Source: the human T2T-CHM13v2.0 reference genome, Homo sapiens
Strand: one strand, 5' to 3'
Assembly (NCBI RefSeq): GCF_009914755.1
Contig: NC_060934.1
Length of the DNA stretch: 64,000 nucleotides
Below, in pieces: positions 17,011 to 40,697 of this stretch. The notes below the pieces were generated by a model, which worked only from the letters and a program-made list of their open reading frames with translations, was not told the origin of the DNA and ran no database searches. Numbering within the stretch: the first letter of the stretch is position 1; every line of letters starts with the position of its first letter. The position numbers and the translations under genes are program-made.

Positions 17011-17802
17011 GAAAAAGTACGTATTACCATGGATACATACAACTTATGAAATTAGTGGACATTAGCTAAGTTGACACTGATGGAGTGAGGAAAACAGAGA
17101 GGTGAAAAAAGTTTAGGCCTTTTATAGACCTGGGTACATATGCCAGCTCTACAAATTTCTAGCTGTATATATTGGGCAAATTCTTTAATCTGAGCCTCAT
17201 TTTTCTCACATGTAAAGTGGTGAGAAACCTGGGAACGTGATGGAAAGGCAAAACTCTCAGATCCTACTGAAGACCTATTGACTAAGACACTAGTGGTGGG
17301 CCGCTGCAATGTCTTTACAAGATCTACCGGTGATACTGATGCACACTAAAGTTTAAGAACCACTGCTCTACGTTATAGCAACTTGTTAGCCTTGATTGCG
17401 CATTGTAATCATCTGAACAACCTTTGGAAAATACTGATGCCTTGGTCCCACCCCTAGAATTTCTGATATAATTAGTCTGAGGCACAGGCTTCAGACTTCT
17501 GAAGACCACCCCCCACCACTGCTTTGGGTGATTCTAGTATGTAGTCCATGTTGTGACTCCTGCCTTACAGGGTTGTTGTAAGGATTAAGTGATTTAATAT
17601 ATCTTCAGCAACTGGCACACTGTTTTGAGCACAGTAGACACTCAATACATGTAAGCTTCCCTCAATACAGAGTATCTTAATTTTATACTGTTTTCGTAAA
17701 AATTTCAGATTGGAAGGAAATACACCAAAATATTAACAGTGGTTTTCTCTGAGTTGGGAGATTGTTAGTGATTTTTATATTGTCTTTTTTATACTTTTAT
17801 AA

Positions 17803-18126
<324 letters not shown>

Positions 18127-18616
18127 TAATCACAAAAATAAAACACAAAAATAAACACAACTAAATTTCAATAAGTAATAATCTTCAGAATATTACCTTA
18201 TAAACCTGATCTTATAATTATCTGTCTCTGTCAATTAATCAATGGGGAAATCACATTATTTCCACCTTCTAGATGGAGAAACTGAATCATAGCTGGAGAG
18301 TCTACCTGAGTTTGTACTGGATTCTGCTGGTAGTTAAGGTCAAAATAGCTAATATGATAACTGCAACTAATTTCTGTTCTATATAACATCTCTCATATCC
18401 CTCAGAACCGTATTCTTTCTGGGTATGACAAAAAAGGAGGAACTGAAGTCTTCAGCACTGAAGCTGTCCAAGTTCATTTGATCCCTAAGAACTACCTTGA
18501 GCCCCTATCACCACTCCAACTGGCTTATTGTAATCCTCTATAAAACAACCCCAGAAACTGCATTCACACATTGCTGTCAAAATCAAAGAGGCAGTCTTGA
18601 ATTTTTTTCAACTTGA

Positions 18617-18944
<328 letters not shown>

Positions 18945-19135
18945 TGCAACTTGAATTTTTAAAAACCACTGAAAAATGTGGTGTCATGGGAAAAGCTGCA
19001 GCGAGGAAGTCTGAGTTTTGTTCTAGAGCAACAGCTACCATACATTCACAGGCATCACATTCACAGTGCCATACTATGTACCAGGCACCAGGCTCAGCAT
19101 TTTACAAGCACTTATTAAGTAAGACTAGATTACAG

Positions 19136-19948
<813 letters not shown>

Positions 19949-20037
19949 GATTAGATCATCCCTTCCAGCTCTCATATTCTGCTTGAACTCAAACCCCAAT
20001 TCTTATCCTATGGCCCTACACTAAAACTTAGAACTAA

Positions 20038-20550
<513 letters not shown>

Positions 20551-21907
20551 CCAGTTCTCTTAATAATAAAGTCCTGGTCATCAGAAGCAGGATCTCCAGT
20601 CAATTACAGACACAGCCAACAAATCACCCTAGCTCATCATTTATGCATCTTTTCCTACACAAAGGTTGGTATCACATATTAAAGCCTTTTCCTCCCACCA
20701 CCAATAGAGGGCCTGGCCTGCTATGAAAAAGAAGAGAAAGCATGATACTGGAATGTTATTAAGACCTTACAACGCTTTAAAATTTACAAATACATTACAA
20801 TAACCATTGTTTCATTAAGGATTCACAACAATACCCTGAAGTAGATATTATTATTCTGTTTTATAGCTGAGGAAACAAAGGCTCAGATAGACTTAGTGAT
20901 TTGGCCAAAGCTCCAGAGTTAATGAGAAATAGAACTGGGACAACTAGAACCCAGTTTTCCTGCATTCCAGCCTAGACGTATTTCCACTGTGTCTGGATCC
21001 AAATTAGGGAAAAGTTCAAATTAAAATTTCTCTTCCTAACTCCCTTCATCCTTAGCATATTAGCAAGAATGAATCATTATGGGTAACTAGACGAAGAGCT
21101 CTAATTGCAGGTCTCTGAAAATGGAGATGTTTAATTACATAGTTACATATATGATTTATCAACCAGTTTTGATCGTTGACAATTCTCTTTAAAGAATTCT
21201 TTTCCTCTAAAAATTAAAGTAATATATTTTTTAATCTCCCCTGGAATGCTTTGTTTTCATTCAAATAAAGAGGTGACTGTTTCTTATAAGTGTCATGATT
21301 TCTAGGCAATTGGTCTAATGTCAGACAGGCATGAATTCCTGGTAGATTTATCACGATTAGGTCTGAAACTGCAGAGTTTTTATCTAGAAACAATAATCAT
21401 TTTCTGGACAAAGCTAAATCACAGGCACTTACTTGTCTGAAGTAAGAGGAGCCATTCTTTGAGAAAGCCTACACCTTTCATTCCTAATTCTCTTTGAGCA
21501 GGAATCTCCTCCAAATACTACTCACCTTGAAAGATGCTAACACAAATTCGGTTTTGCCCTAGAGAGGGAAAAGGTGAAGGGCCATCATGTCAAAAGAGCA
21601 GAAAATGTCAAAGTTCCCAGTGTTACTGAGGCAGGCCAAGCATGAGGAATGAGCCTCTTGATGTTCATAAAAGCAATTTGGGCTTAGATCAGGATTAGGT
21701 CTCAAGGACATGACCAACTGCTGAAGCAGGCTGGAGCAATACTGTCAGTTTGCTTCTAAGTGCCCCAGGAGGGTCAGTTCCTGCTACTCCTTTCTCTCAG
21801 GATCCAAAAGGGCTTGCTTTGACCATCATTAAGACCTTCTGTTTTCTACTTTACCATATGCGTTCATGCTCAGAGACATTAACTTACTCATTAGAATAAC
21901 ATCACTT

Positions 21908-22498
<591 letters not shown>

Positions 22499-24282
22499 GA
22501 AGAACATAGCTTGTAAGTGGTAGAATCGAGATTCAAACCCAAATAGAATATCATTAATTTATTTAGTCAATAAATAGTGATTAAAAGCCAGGCACCAAGC
22601 TAGCTTATGGGTATAATAAAATGAGCCTCAGAGTATAGTGAGGAAATAGAAAAGGGGCTGTGGTTTTAGGCTCAAGAGGGGTTGGGGGCAGCCTGCAAGT
22701 CTTCATAGGAGATAAAATATGCAAGGGACATGAATACCAATTGCACTTTCCCATATTAAAGCCACTCCTGGATCCAGACACTCTCTGCTGGTGTAGAAAG
22801 CATTTTGTCCTGCCTTTCTCCCTCCTACTATGGCCTCCTCAAAGGAGGCCTGACTTGCCACAGCCCAGGCAGCGTTTCCTCTACCTGGGGTGAAAACTAT
22901 ACACTAGGCAGGAAGCAGGCCCTTGGATGGTTGGGTTGCTCTTCTACACTTCAGCTCACATTAGAGCAGTCACTTACTAATGGTACCCTATAAAGTAGCA
23001 ATTTACCAAATAGTACTAATTTAGTACCTGGTCCTTGAAGAGTTAACACACCTCTCTCCAGAGGCGCCTAACTGACTCCTTGCCAAGACAGTTTTAAAGG
23101 AGATCTGGTTCTGCACACTGTAATTCTTCCAAGCTGCTCAAGGCTTCTCTGCTCTCATATGGGGCATCAAAGAGATGTACAGGGGCCCTGGGGTCAGGAG
23201 GACCGGGTTCTAGCACAGGCTCTGCCACTTGTCACTCTGTAACAAATCTCTTCCCATCTCTGTGCCACTGTTTGCCCAAATTTGAAATGAAGACGGTGAG
23301 ACTGATTTCTTAGGGTCCTTCTGACAGTCCAGGAAGATGCTTTTAACTCTTTGGGGGTCATAAATCCTTTTGAGAATCTATGCTAAATGACCATCTCCCC
23401 ACAAAATTGTGCCTATAATTTCAAAAAATTCGTGGAACTTTTAAGGTTCAAACTAAGATTCTCTATCCAGTATGGGCTCTGAAGTCAGACAGGTCTGAGA
23501 TTAAGCCCTGGAGATATTTCTCTCTCTCTCCTATGGGCAAGTCTCTTACCTTTGAGCCTCACTTAGAAAAATAACACCTGCCTTGCAATACTGTTGTGAG
23601 AATGAAAAATAATTATATACAAGTGTCTGGCCCATAGAAGGTGCTCAATAAATAGCAGCTAAAGAAAAAAAAAGGTAATGGCACCTGTCATCAGCGCTCA
23701 GGGAATGTTAGTTTTCTTTCTTTCTCACAGTAACCAGCAGTTATCTGTGCACTTCAGGTGTTCCATAAATGTTACTGCTTGGCTATCAAAGTTATCTTAA
23801 AATTCCCTTCTCTGTGAGGCTGCTCTAGTGATGGAGGATCTCTCTTTACACTCAACTGGACTACTGCAAGTCTCCAAACAGATAAAGAAGTCTCTCCTTC
23901 TGTATCTCATAGAAGCACTGTCACATTAATAATCCAGAAATCAACACTGAAATTGTGATATACTCCACAGCTCACAACTTTTAATGATCCTACCATATTT
24001 TCAAACATTTCACTAGAGATTTCTTCAAGAGAAATAAAAATGGCAGCTCACTATATTGAGCTTTTGCTATATGCCAAGCACTGATTAAATGAACACATTA
24101 TTTCATTTAATCCTCTCAATAGCTCTACAGACAACTTAGTGTACAGTCTGAAAGTCTAGGAGTACATTCTCTAAATGTTTGCTTGAGACTGTCTCTGATT
24201 CAACTTTTAATAGCTATACAATCTTGGACAAATAAAATTCCTTATCTGTAGAGTGGAGATAATTATAGAAATCATTTCCCAA

Positions 24283-29460
<5,178 letters not shown>

Positions 29461-29555
29461 AGATATTATGAAGATCAAAGGAGATTACATGTATAATCTC
29501 CTATAATCTATATTTTGTGTACATTTTATAGCTATAGATTACGTATACAATTCTA

Positions 29556-29856
<301 letters not shown>

Positions 29857-29883
29857 TTATAAATTTTATACATGTTTTATATA

Positions 29884-30787
<904 letters not shown>

Positions 30788-31243
30788 CAGGTATATGAAA
30801 AAGTGCTCAACATCAGTAATCATCAGGGAAATGCAAAGCAAAACCACAATGAGGCATCACCTCACATCTCTTAGGACAATACTTTTAAGGATATATTTTC
30901 ATGACATGACTTATGAAATCCTAGGGACCCAAATAAGCTGTCCTAATAAACTAACTTTGTGATTCCAGTCAATCAGTCCAACAAATGTTAAATTGTCTAC
31001 TATGTACCAATCTAGGAACAGCAATTCCAACAGTAAAAACAACTTCAAGAGAACAGTGAGAACTCTCAACCTCTTCATATACTATTAAACTTAAGAAAAA
31101 TAATAATTAAAGTACTTTATTACATTTTTATACAAGGCAGTTTAGCCAATGCTTCTACCCTCTTAGGGAAGTTCTGAGAAAGGTGACTCTGCCTCTGACT
31201 CTTACAATTCAAGAGAAAAGTAAGAAGATAATCTGATTGGTGA

Positions 31244-31647
<404 letters not shown>

Positions 31648-31825
31648 TGAGAGCCATTTGATGCCACTTAAATTTGGAACCCTATGTGGCACCTAGTTTG
31701 CAGTTGATTTGAGACAGAAAGAAAAGGTAGTGAGTAATTAACACCCCTTAACTTCCAATAATGACATAAGTGACCCCTGACCTTGGGGGTCACCCAACAT
31801 CTACCTACATTCCAAATTATCTCTA

Positions 31826-32642
<817 letters not shown>

Positions 32643-32779
32643 TCATGTTCAGAGTGGTATACCAGTACTCAGAAAAATAAAGTTCAAATTATAATCCCTT
32701 CACTGACACATTGATTCTCCATGTCTCAGGCTCTACATCTTTAAAACAGGCTGCACTTTGCTTTTCTCATTGAATTACT

Positions 32780-33061
32780 CTGTAATCCCACCACTTTGGG
32801 AGGCCGAGGTGAGTCGATCACCTGAGGTCAGGAGTTCAAGATCAGCCTGGCCAACGTGGTGAAACCCCATCTCTACTAAAAATACAAGAATTAGCCGAGC
32901 GTGGTGGTGGGCACCTGTAATCCCAGCTACTCAGGAGGCTGAAGCAGGGAGAATTGCTTGAACCCCAGAGGCAGAGGTTGCAGTGAGCTGAGATCGCACC
33001 ACTGCACTCCAGCCTGGGCGATGCAGTGAGACTCCGTCTCAAAAAATAAGATAAAATAAAA
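32780..33061 (+). mobile_element. AluS, 5'-truncated
   Basis: Begins at ctgtaatccc; A-rich tail. Confidence 0.88.
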
Positions 33062-34299
33062 GTAATAATTCTATTTACAGATGAGGATTCTGACTGAAAG
33101 AAGTTATTTGCCTAAGTTCACATGGCCAATAAAAGTCAAAGGTGGAATTCAAAGCCCAAGTTTTCCTACTATTGCTATATTGTGGGGGTTAAGGTGATGA
33201 CTGGGATACCTGCTGCGGGAACCTTGCCCCGAGTTACTTGGAAACAGCTTCCTACTCTGCCATGACCTGCCCAGGCTAAGAAAAATTGCTGAGCCAAACA
33301 TGGACCCAGCTCCTTACTCAGAACCTAGGGAAGCAACCTGGCCTCAAAGCCACTTATATTTGTCTCAGAATTGCAAGAACCCCTCCGATGCTGGCAGACA
33401 TCACTAATGATCAGCATACTTTTCCACGGAGGCCTCAGAATCCTCCACAACTTAGTATCCCCAGGCAGCTACCATCAAATAATTCAACTTAGCACTAGAG
33501 TTGAACTTATTTGCCACCCTCCCACTGGTCTCTGAACAGAGACGGTCATAGGCAGCTCAGGGAAAGAGGATCTTAAAACGAAAATAATGGTGATGTCTAG
33601 AAACAAATGTTGGCATTAATGTGTTAACTAACTTGTTTCTCATCCCATCACTGATGAGACACCTACCTACTTTCTATCCTCCCCACCTGCAGCTTAATCC
33701 CAGACCTCGACACCAATCTGTTTACTAACCTTTCTCACCTGTCGGCACCCATCTCATCTTGTAACTGGGCTTTCCTCCCATCGTTACCCTGCCCAAAACC
33801 TCCCCTTCACCTACAGAATAGAGATCTTTAGTTTGGTCTTCAGGCCCTTCCTTGACCAGGCCACTTTGCAAGCCTTATCTTACACCTCTACTCGATGTGA
33901 GACCCCCACCTCCTTCACATCATTTCCTTTTCTTTTTCTCTCCCCTCCGTTTCTCCCTGGGATGCCCTGGTTAAGAACCCAAATACCTTCTTGATCATCT
34001 CAGAATTCTACAGGCTGTCTGCCCATCCCTGCCAATAATGCTCCCACTCCACTGTGCTTACTTTCCCTCGCATCAGCTGACAACTAGGACAGAAAACTGA
34101 ATTTGCCTTTAGCTCTTCCCGGGAAGGGACTAAGCCAGACCCTCAGTAAAATGGGCTGATGACCTGACTTTCTGGCCACCGATCTAACACATGGCAGTCT
34201 TATCTAACCCATGAGACGCAAGGGAAGGAAACCAAAACAAAAACCTGGCACTCCGTCCGTCCTGTGCACCCTTAGCAAACCCCTCAGCCCCCATGCCGC

Positions 34300-34715
34300 T
34301 GCTTCCCTCAGTGCAAGAAGCCGGGGGTCAAGGGCGTGGGTCTGGAGGGCGGAGCGCTAGGTGCTGGCAGGGGCCTTTCAGGGGGCGCTGCCGCCGCTTG
34401 ACGTCACTTCCCGCCGCTCCACTGCCTTGGGTCACAGCTGGCGTCTTAAGGGCCGGACCCAGGAAGGTATTTTCAGTCCCTATTTCTGCCCGTGCTGGCA
34501 AGAGAGCACGGGAGCCGGACTCAGCGTGGGTCGGGCCCCTGCCGCTAAAACCGTCAAAGCAGGCCTAACTTACCACTTTCCTGGTGAGGCCCCGGCCTCC
34601 GTCGACGGAAGCTGTGGGAGATGGGCTGCGTGAGGTGCCGGGTCCAGGCTCACAGGAGGAGAGCTCCAGGAGTCCCTAGAGCGCCAGCCCTGCCTCCTTT
34701 CTAGCCCTAGCACCT
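34300..34715. promoter_or_regulatory. Small CpG-rich promoter region, probably the distal SHTN1 promoter
   Basis: Local CpG enrichment, GC box GGGCGG near 34347, palindromic CRE TGACGTCA at 34399-34406 overlapping GGAAGT on the minus strand, and CTCF-like CAGGGGGCGCT at about 34379-34389. Confidence 0.7.
34574..34650 (-). other. SHTN1: Probable non-coding first exon of the distal-promoter SHTN1 (KIAA1598/shootin-1) transcript; 5' end approximate
   Basis: Perfect donor AGTG|GTAAGT at 34574/34573 inside the CpG-rich patch. SHTN1 is known to lie immediately downstream of VAX1 on the same strand. No SHTN1 coding exon is visible, so the name rests on synteny. Confidence 0.55.
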
Positions 34716-34716
34716 G

Positions 34717-35280
34717 GCCCTCGCCTCGCCTCCTAGCACGCATGCCCCTCGCCTCGCCTCCTAGCACGCATGCCCCTCGCCTCGCCTCCTAGCACGCATG
34801 CCCCTCGCCTCGCCTCCTAGCACGCATGCCCCTCGCCTCGCCTCCTAGCACGCATGCCCCTCGCCTCGCCTCCTAGCACGCATGCCCCTCGCCTCGCCTC
34901 CTAGCACGCATGCCCCTCGCCTCGCCTCCTAGCACGCATGCCCCTCGCCTCGCCTCCTAGCACGCATGCCCCTCGCCTCGCCTCCTAGCACGCATGCCCC
35001 TCGCCTCGCCTCCTAGCACGCATGCCCCTCGCCTCGCCTCCTAGCACGCATGCCCCTCGCCTCGCCTCCTAGCACGCATGCCCCTCGCCTCGCCTCCTAG
35101 CACGCATGCCCCTCGCCTCGCCTCCTAGCACGCATGCCCCTCGCCTCGCCTCCTAGCACGCATGCCCCTCGCCTCGCCTCCTAGCACGCATGCCCCTCGC
35201 CTCGCCTCCTAGCACGCATGCCCCTCGCCTCGCCTCCTAGCACGCATGCCCCTCGCCTCGCCTCCTAGCACGCATGCCCC
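34717..35280. repeat. Minisatellite/VNTR: 20 copies of 28-bp CCCCTCGCCTCGCCTCCTAGCACGCATG
   Basis: Period 28 (same phase at 34801 and 35221, 15 units apart). All copies are identical except the first base of copy 1; a degenerate proto-unit precedes the array. Confidence 0.98.
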
Positions 35281-37033
35281 ATTGCGCATGCCAAATGGCT
35301 CACATGGCGCAGGCTCCGCGCCTTTCCCGCCCTTGGGCCCTCCTGCCTTCCGGGCTGAGGCCTCTGCCCCAATTCACAGGTATCTCCCCAGCTTTGGAGC
35401 CAACTCGGCCTCCAGTACCCCCACTAAACCCTTATTGGCTTCAGGCTCTCTGATCAAATTCCCTCTCTGATACAAGGAAAATGGTTTCAAAATTCCACTC
35501 GGACCCGATCTTGATATCAATGCTACCACCGGGCACCTCTAGTCAGACAGTAAGATCTGTTGGTTTTATTTAAGCAAAATGCCTTGAAACCATTTCTCCT
35601 CTCCATTTCTGCTGCCACTTCACCAAGCAACCCTCACCCCCATCCCCTACCCCCACCATCATCGCATCACCATCATCCTCTCTTGCTCTCCTGTTCCTAT
35701 GGAAGTGTACTCACTAACTGGCATCTGCCTCAGAATCCGTGCACTCCTGTTCCCATGCCACCTCTTCTGGGATTCTCCCCCAGATTGCCAGAGAGACCTT
35801 GTAAAATGAGAACTACAATGATTCCATGATCTCCTTGGGAGAACTTTTCAGTGGCTCCTCATCGCCCTGATGGCAAAATCCAAGTGTTATCAACGTGGTA
35901 TTCCAGGTGCTGCCTGCATTCCTGCCTCTTCTCCCACTACTTGCACTCAGCCATCCTCACTGCTTCCTCTCCATTCCCAGCTCTTAGCATTCTCCTTCTC
36001 ATACCTTTCCATTGAAATTGGTTGACTCAAGAACTGAGGAAATTAGCATGTAGGAGGTTTACTAAGGAGTGCTTCAAGCTCAACAATGTAGAAGGGAAAG
36101 GAAGGAAGCAGTACTGGACAGAAGTCAAACTGCATAGGGATCCCAACAGAGGCCTCAGCCATTCCTTCTAAGAGTTTAGAAGATGGGATGAGTCTTCAAA
36201 TATATCCAAAGTTGGGGTGCAAGAACCAGGCTTATCCCCAGGTCTACCAGTCATTGGAAACCACCCTGGAAAGTCATTGGAAACCACTTGAGTACAGTGG
36301 CTCTCTTCAGATGAGGCAGTCTCCAATGAACAGACAGCTGAGAGCTGTCTGCCAAGTCATTAAAATAATAATTTAGCATTTTGGTAGAGATGCTGTGCTT
36401 ACTAATGGCTGTGATACCAAGTCTAAAGGCAGGGGGAGTAAATTCCATTATGCCTGACCCAATCACGTTCCCCTTCCTCAGGAAAGGACTTTAGGCCAAC
36501 ACCGTCATTTTACAGATGGGGAAACTGAGGCCCAGAGAGACTCTCAGTCAGCTATCTCAATCACAGTCTTATAATAAATAGCTAATATTTGAGCATATAA
36601 CTTATCCTAGGCTTGTACTAGATGCTTTAGATGCTTTATCCAACTAAACAACCATGACAATCCTATGAGGTAGGTGCCATTATTACTTTCATTTGATATA
36701 CATGGAAATAGGTTTGGAGCAGCCAGATGACTAATTTGTCCAAGATTACACAGCTATTAAGTGGTGTATCTGGGATTTGAACCCAAGTCATTCTGACTCC
36801 AGAACCATAACTAGAAACCATTAAGATGAATTACTTTTTCTCTGTGCATTAAACCAGCATACTACACATTGTATGATACCAGGGAATGCTATGTATGTGT
36901 TTATATGTGTGTATATGTGTATGTGTTATTGCTATACATGTTATGTTGTTAACACACATAACAGACTTTTTTATATGAAGAAAACTTTTACATGAAAAAT
37001 TTTATATATATTTTACACATATATATGATGTGA

Positions 37034-37084
37034 TTTATTTTTAAGAATGGGTACAACACTACCACATAAAGCACAATATTTATT
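37034..37084 (-). terminator. VAX1: Candidate polyadenylation signals (AATAAA at 37084-37079 and 37039-37034) for the long VAX1 isoform b 3'UTR
   Basis: Two tttatt hexamers on the + strand, followed on the minus strand by U/GU-rich sequence. Assignment to isoform b relies on recollection that it has a multi-kb 3'UTR. Confidence 0.45.
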
Positions 37085-37683
37085 TTCTGTTTCAGGGTAA
37101 GAAGATAGGCAAATGTGTTTCTAGAAAGAAAATTATTTTCATATTAGCTAGAAATCAGAGAATACCCAAGTAATTTTCAGCTTCCATGTCCATTGCATGC
37201 CAGGTTCTCTGGACCTGGTGGCCTTGCTCCTTCCAGAACTCATGTCTCTTCAAACAGAAGCTTTCAGTTCCAACCAAGAAGGGTGTGCATCTGAATGCTT
37301 TTCAGCAAACCTGAAGGGCTCTCCTCCTCCTTTCCCCAAACTACCAGGTCTGTAAGGGAGCAGCCTCTCCAGGAAGGTGGTCCCCATTGAGTTTATAAAA
37401 GACCTTCCCTGAGACCTGAGAAACCACCAAAGTAGATCTCTCTTTTCTCTCCTGCTCCATTAAAATGAAACCTCCATGAAAATGAAAAAGACTGAAATGT
37501 AAAGATTTCCCGACGTAGAAATGGTGTTAAATTACAATAGCATAATGTGGTCCAAGAAATTCTAAACTGTGTCAGAAACTGTGGATTAATTTGTTTAACA
37601 AACATTCATTGTATTCCTACCAAATGCCAGGCCCTGGGCCAGATGCAGGAGGCTGCAGTGTTTTGGGAGTTTGCCATTTAATA

Positions 37684-37868
37684 CAGTACTTCTCAAATAT
37701 TAGTCTGGATAAGAATCACTTTGGAAAAGTGTTTAAAATGCACGTTCCTAAGCCCCAACCTAGTTTCTGATTCATCAGATGGGACTAGGGCTTAGGAACC
37801 TGGAATTTTAGCCAGTCCCCAGATGATTCTGAAGCAGCTGGTCCTCAGTTGTATCTTGAAAAACATTG
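37684..37868. mobile_element. MER5-like DNA transposon relic
   Basis: cagtacttctcaaa ... cttgaaaaacattg termini with an internal agaatcact motif. Confidence 0.6.
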
Positions 37869-38132
37869 ACCTAGTGTGTTTTTAAGTTTTGATCAGCCAT
37901 TTAATCAAGCCACTTAAACTCAGGATTTCAGGGGGTTAGAAGAGATATATGATTTCTAAAATCCTTCAAGAAATCTTAAAAAGACTTCTTAAAAAAGGCT
38001 TTCTATGCAAGAACAGCACACCAATATGACACAATTTCTTTTCAAACAGGAGAAAGACACTGTGTGTCATCATATGGCTTATGTGGCTGAAGGGAAGAAG
38101 TTAAAAGGGTATCCTTGGAGCCATTCAAGAAG

Positions 38133-38133
<1 letters not shown>

Positions 38134-38166
<33 letters not shown>
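38134..38166. repeat. (GT)n microsatellite
   Basis: About 16 perfect GT units. Confidence 0.95.
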
Positions 38167-38170
<4 letters not shown>

Positions 38171-40697
38171 CATCAACTTGTATAGTTAAGCTTTGTGTAC
38201 TTTACCCTATGAGTGTTTACCTCATGGATATTATAATTCAATTTATAAATAATCATTTTTAAGGATGTGTAAGACCAAAGAGTGTAAGGGGTTTAAAGAT
38301 GTCATTCTAGAGAGACGTAGAGGGAAAGAGTTGGGACAGTGGCAGGAAAAAAAAAGGAAGGAGGGAGAAATTCAAACTTCTTGATGAGGGCACCAAGTAA
38401 ATCCTCAGCAGCTGGTGTAATAGATGGCTAGATATGGACATTAGCAGATGTGGGTGCAAATAGGCTAAAGAATTCAGGTACCATGATCCAGACACTGTGG
38501 GCACAAAAAGAAGGAAAGGAGGAAGGAGGGGAGAAAGGGAAGAAGGAAAGAGGGGTCAAAGGGGGACGAAAGAAAAAAACTGAAAGAAAGAGGCCTCTGG
38601 CCCTAGGGGGAGCTTACAATCTTGGGTTCTGAGCAGCTATGTGGCTTTGAGCAAGTTATTTGCTTCAGTCCTGTGTGAGTCTTTAAAACGGAGCTGGACC
38701 TCCCAAAGCCACCATGAGGAATAGTAGAATGGTGTATGTAAAATGCTATTTGTAAACTATAAAGGGTTGCCAAATGCTACTTATGAATACATTCTGGCTG
38801 AAGGTTAGACCAACTGCAAGTGTGGATAGGAGCATGTGTCCCGTTTAGCTCTCCAAGTGACTTCCCACATCTTTCTTGAACCTGACCCCCAAACTCACAG
38901 GGCTTTGCTAAGAGGTTTTCTCCCTTTTTCTTTTCTGCTCTGAAACAATTTGGCGGTTGCTTTGTGCAGGCCTGAGCATCAGATTCCTTTCAGCTCCCCC
39001 CTCCTGCAGCTGTTTCTCCTTCCACCTTTCCCCAGGCAGGCCCAGCTATTGGCATAGAGGGTACCTGCCTCCTCCTCCAAGGCCTGTGAGTCTCCAGTTG
39101 GAAGCCAGAAGCCTCCAGGGACCAAGGCAGCTTACTGGAGGCCCTTGGGGAAGGAGGGAAAAGAAGATAGTCACTAAAATTAAATGAATTTTCTATAAAT
39201 GTTTTTAAATTAAAATTGCAATTCTTTTTCTATGCAGAAGAGGCTCTTTAAGAACAATTGCACTCCCTGAGTGGCAGGCAAAGAGCTCAGCAGCTCTTCC
39301 CAAAGCCAGGGAGGGAAGGGAGGTGAGAGCAGAAGTTATGAGGTGACTTGTCCTTCCCTCTTTCAGGGGTAAGAAAGCAAAAAGGAGAAAGAGCAGGAAG
39401 CTGGAAGGAGGGATCTGCTTGGTGACTTCCCAGGCTGAGGCCCCTGGGAGAGGAGGCTGAATTTGTTGGGAATCCCAAGCTAGGATTTTGTGTTTTCTTT
39501 TGTTCCAAAAAGTTATGCCACCTTCTCCCTTCCTTCTCACCCCTGGAGGGCCCCAGCCACCAGCCTTGAAGCTGCAGCGAGAGCCACCCACTGCCTTGGC
39601 CTTTGGGACCCCTTGAGCAGGAGAAAAAAACCAGAAAACCAAAAGAGAGAGAGAGACCTGGAAGGAAGAAATAATGGAGGAGGGAGACAGGGGGAACGAG
39701 AGGGGAGCCCACACCACAGAGAGAGAACTCCTTAAAGGAAGCGCAGGCGTTTACGGGACAGGAGCGCGGAAGAAAAGAGTAGAAAAGGAAAAGCAGTTTC
39801 AAGCAAGAGAAAGTAAGGAGAGGCGGACAGGGAGGGGAAGAGCCAAGAGAAGCCAAGCTGAGGGATCTGCAGCAACTTTGAGAAATAAAAGTGAACTGTC
39901 TGTGGGCGGCTGCTGTGATCTCAGCAAAAAGCGGAGCTCAAGGCTCAGGGACTCCGCCGCCCACACTGTGCCCCGCCTTATTTTGGATGCCTCCAACTTC
40001 AGCTTCAGGCACAGTACACGAGTAGGGGCAGTAAGGCCTGGCTAGGGCCGGTGCCGCACGGGAGCTGCGGGTCCCTGCAACACCCAGGTGTGCAGGCGCT
40101 ACAAGAAGGAGCCGGGGCCGCTGCCCCCGCAGCGCGGACTTCGCCCCGTGCTGCACACGCTTTAGAAGAGCGTGTCCGGAAGTGTCCTCCCCGGCCCTCC
40201 TCGCTTCCCAAGATTTGTTTGCAACGTCTACACCCGTCACCACCGCATAAGCACCAGGGTGAGGAGGTCTCTTTGCAGGAATTAATATCGATTTCAGTCT
40301 CCTGCTCCTTCAAAGTTTCTCTTTGACGATGGCGAGACTTATATTCTAAGTCAGAAGAAAATAAAACCTTGCCTATTCTGGGCCCATGATTGCACAAAAT
40401 CCAAAATGCTGCCGGCATGAAGATGCAGCTGGAAGACTCTAGAAACCTAGCATTAGGAGGCAGAGACTTTATAGTGCCCAGAGATGAGTTCCTAAATAAA
40501 CTAAGAATTACGCAGTGGGAAATTAAGGAGGAGGGTCTGAGGGGCCGACCTCAGAGGGACAGATAGAGAAATCGAGAGCGAAACACTCAAGGAAGTGGAA
40601 CAAATCGTCGTAGCCAGGCGTCTCTGCCTCTCCGGAAACCCGAAATCCGCCCAAACCTCATCCCAGGCGCTCACGGTACCAGTCGCAGGGCCCCGCA

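Noticed and set aside
34717-35280. Array as CRISPR or as a coding repeat
   Set aside because: No spacers and a eukaryotic context. The 28-nt period with a TAG on each strand closes every frame within 84 nt, giving only 12-16 aa micro-ORFs.
36249-36287. 16-bp direct repeat AGTCATTGGAAACCAC x2
   Set aside because: A small slippage-type duplication inside what looks like an old LTR relic; no evidence of function.
39205-40418. Overlapping 120-190 aa ORFs
   Set aside because: Purine/pyrimidine-biased sequence in the presumed VAX1 isoform b 3'UTR; no domain or splice support.
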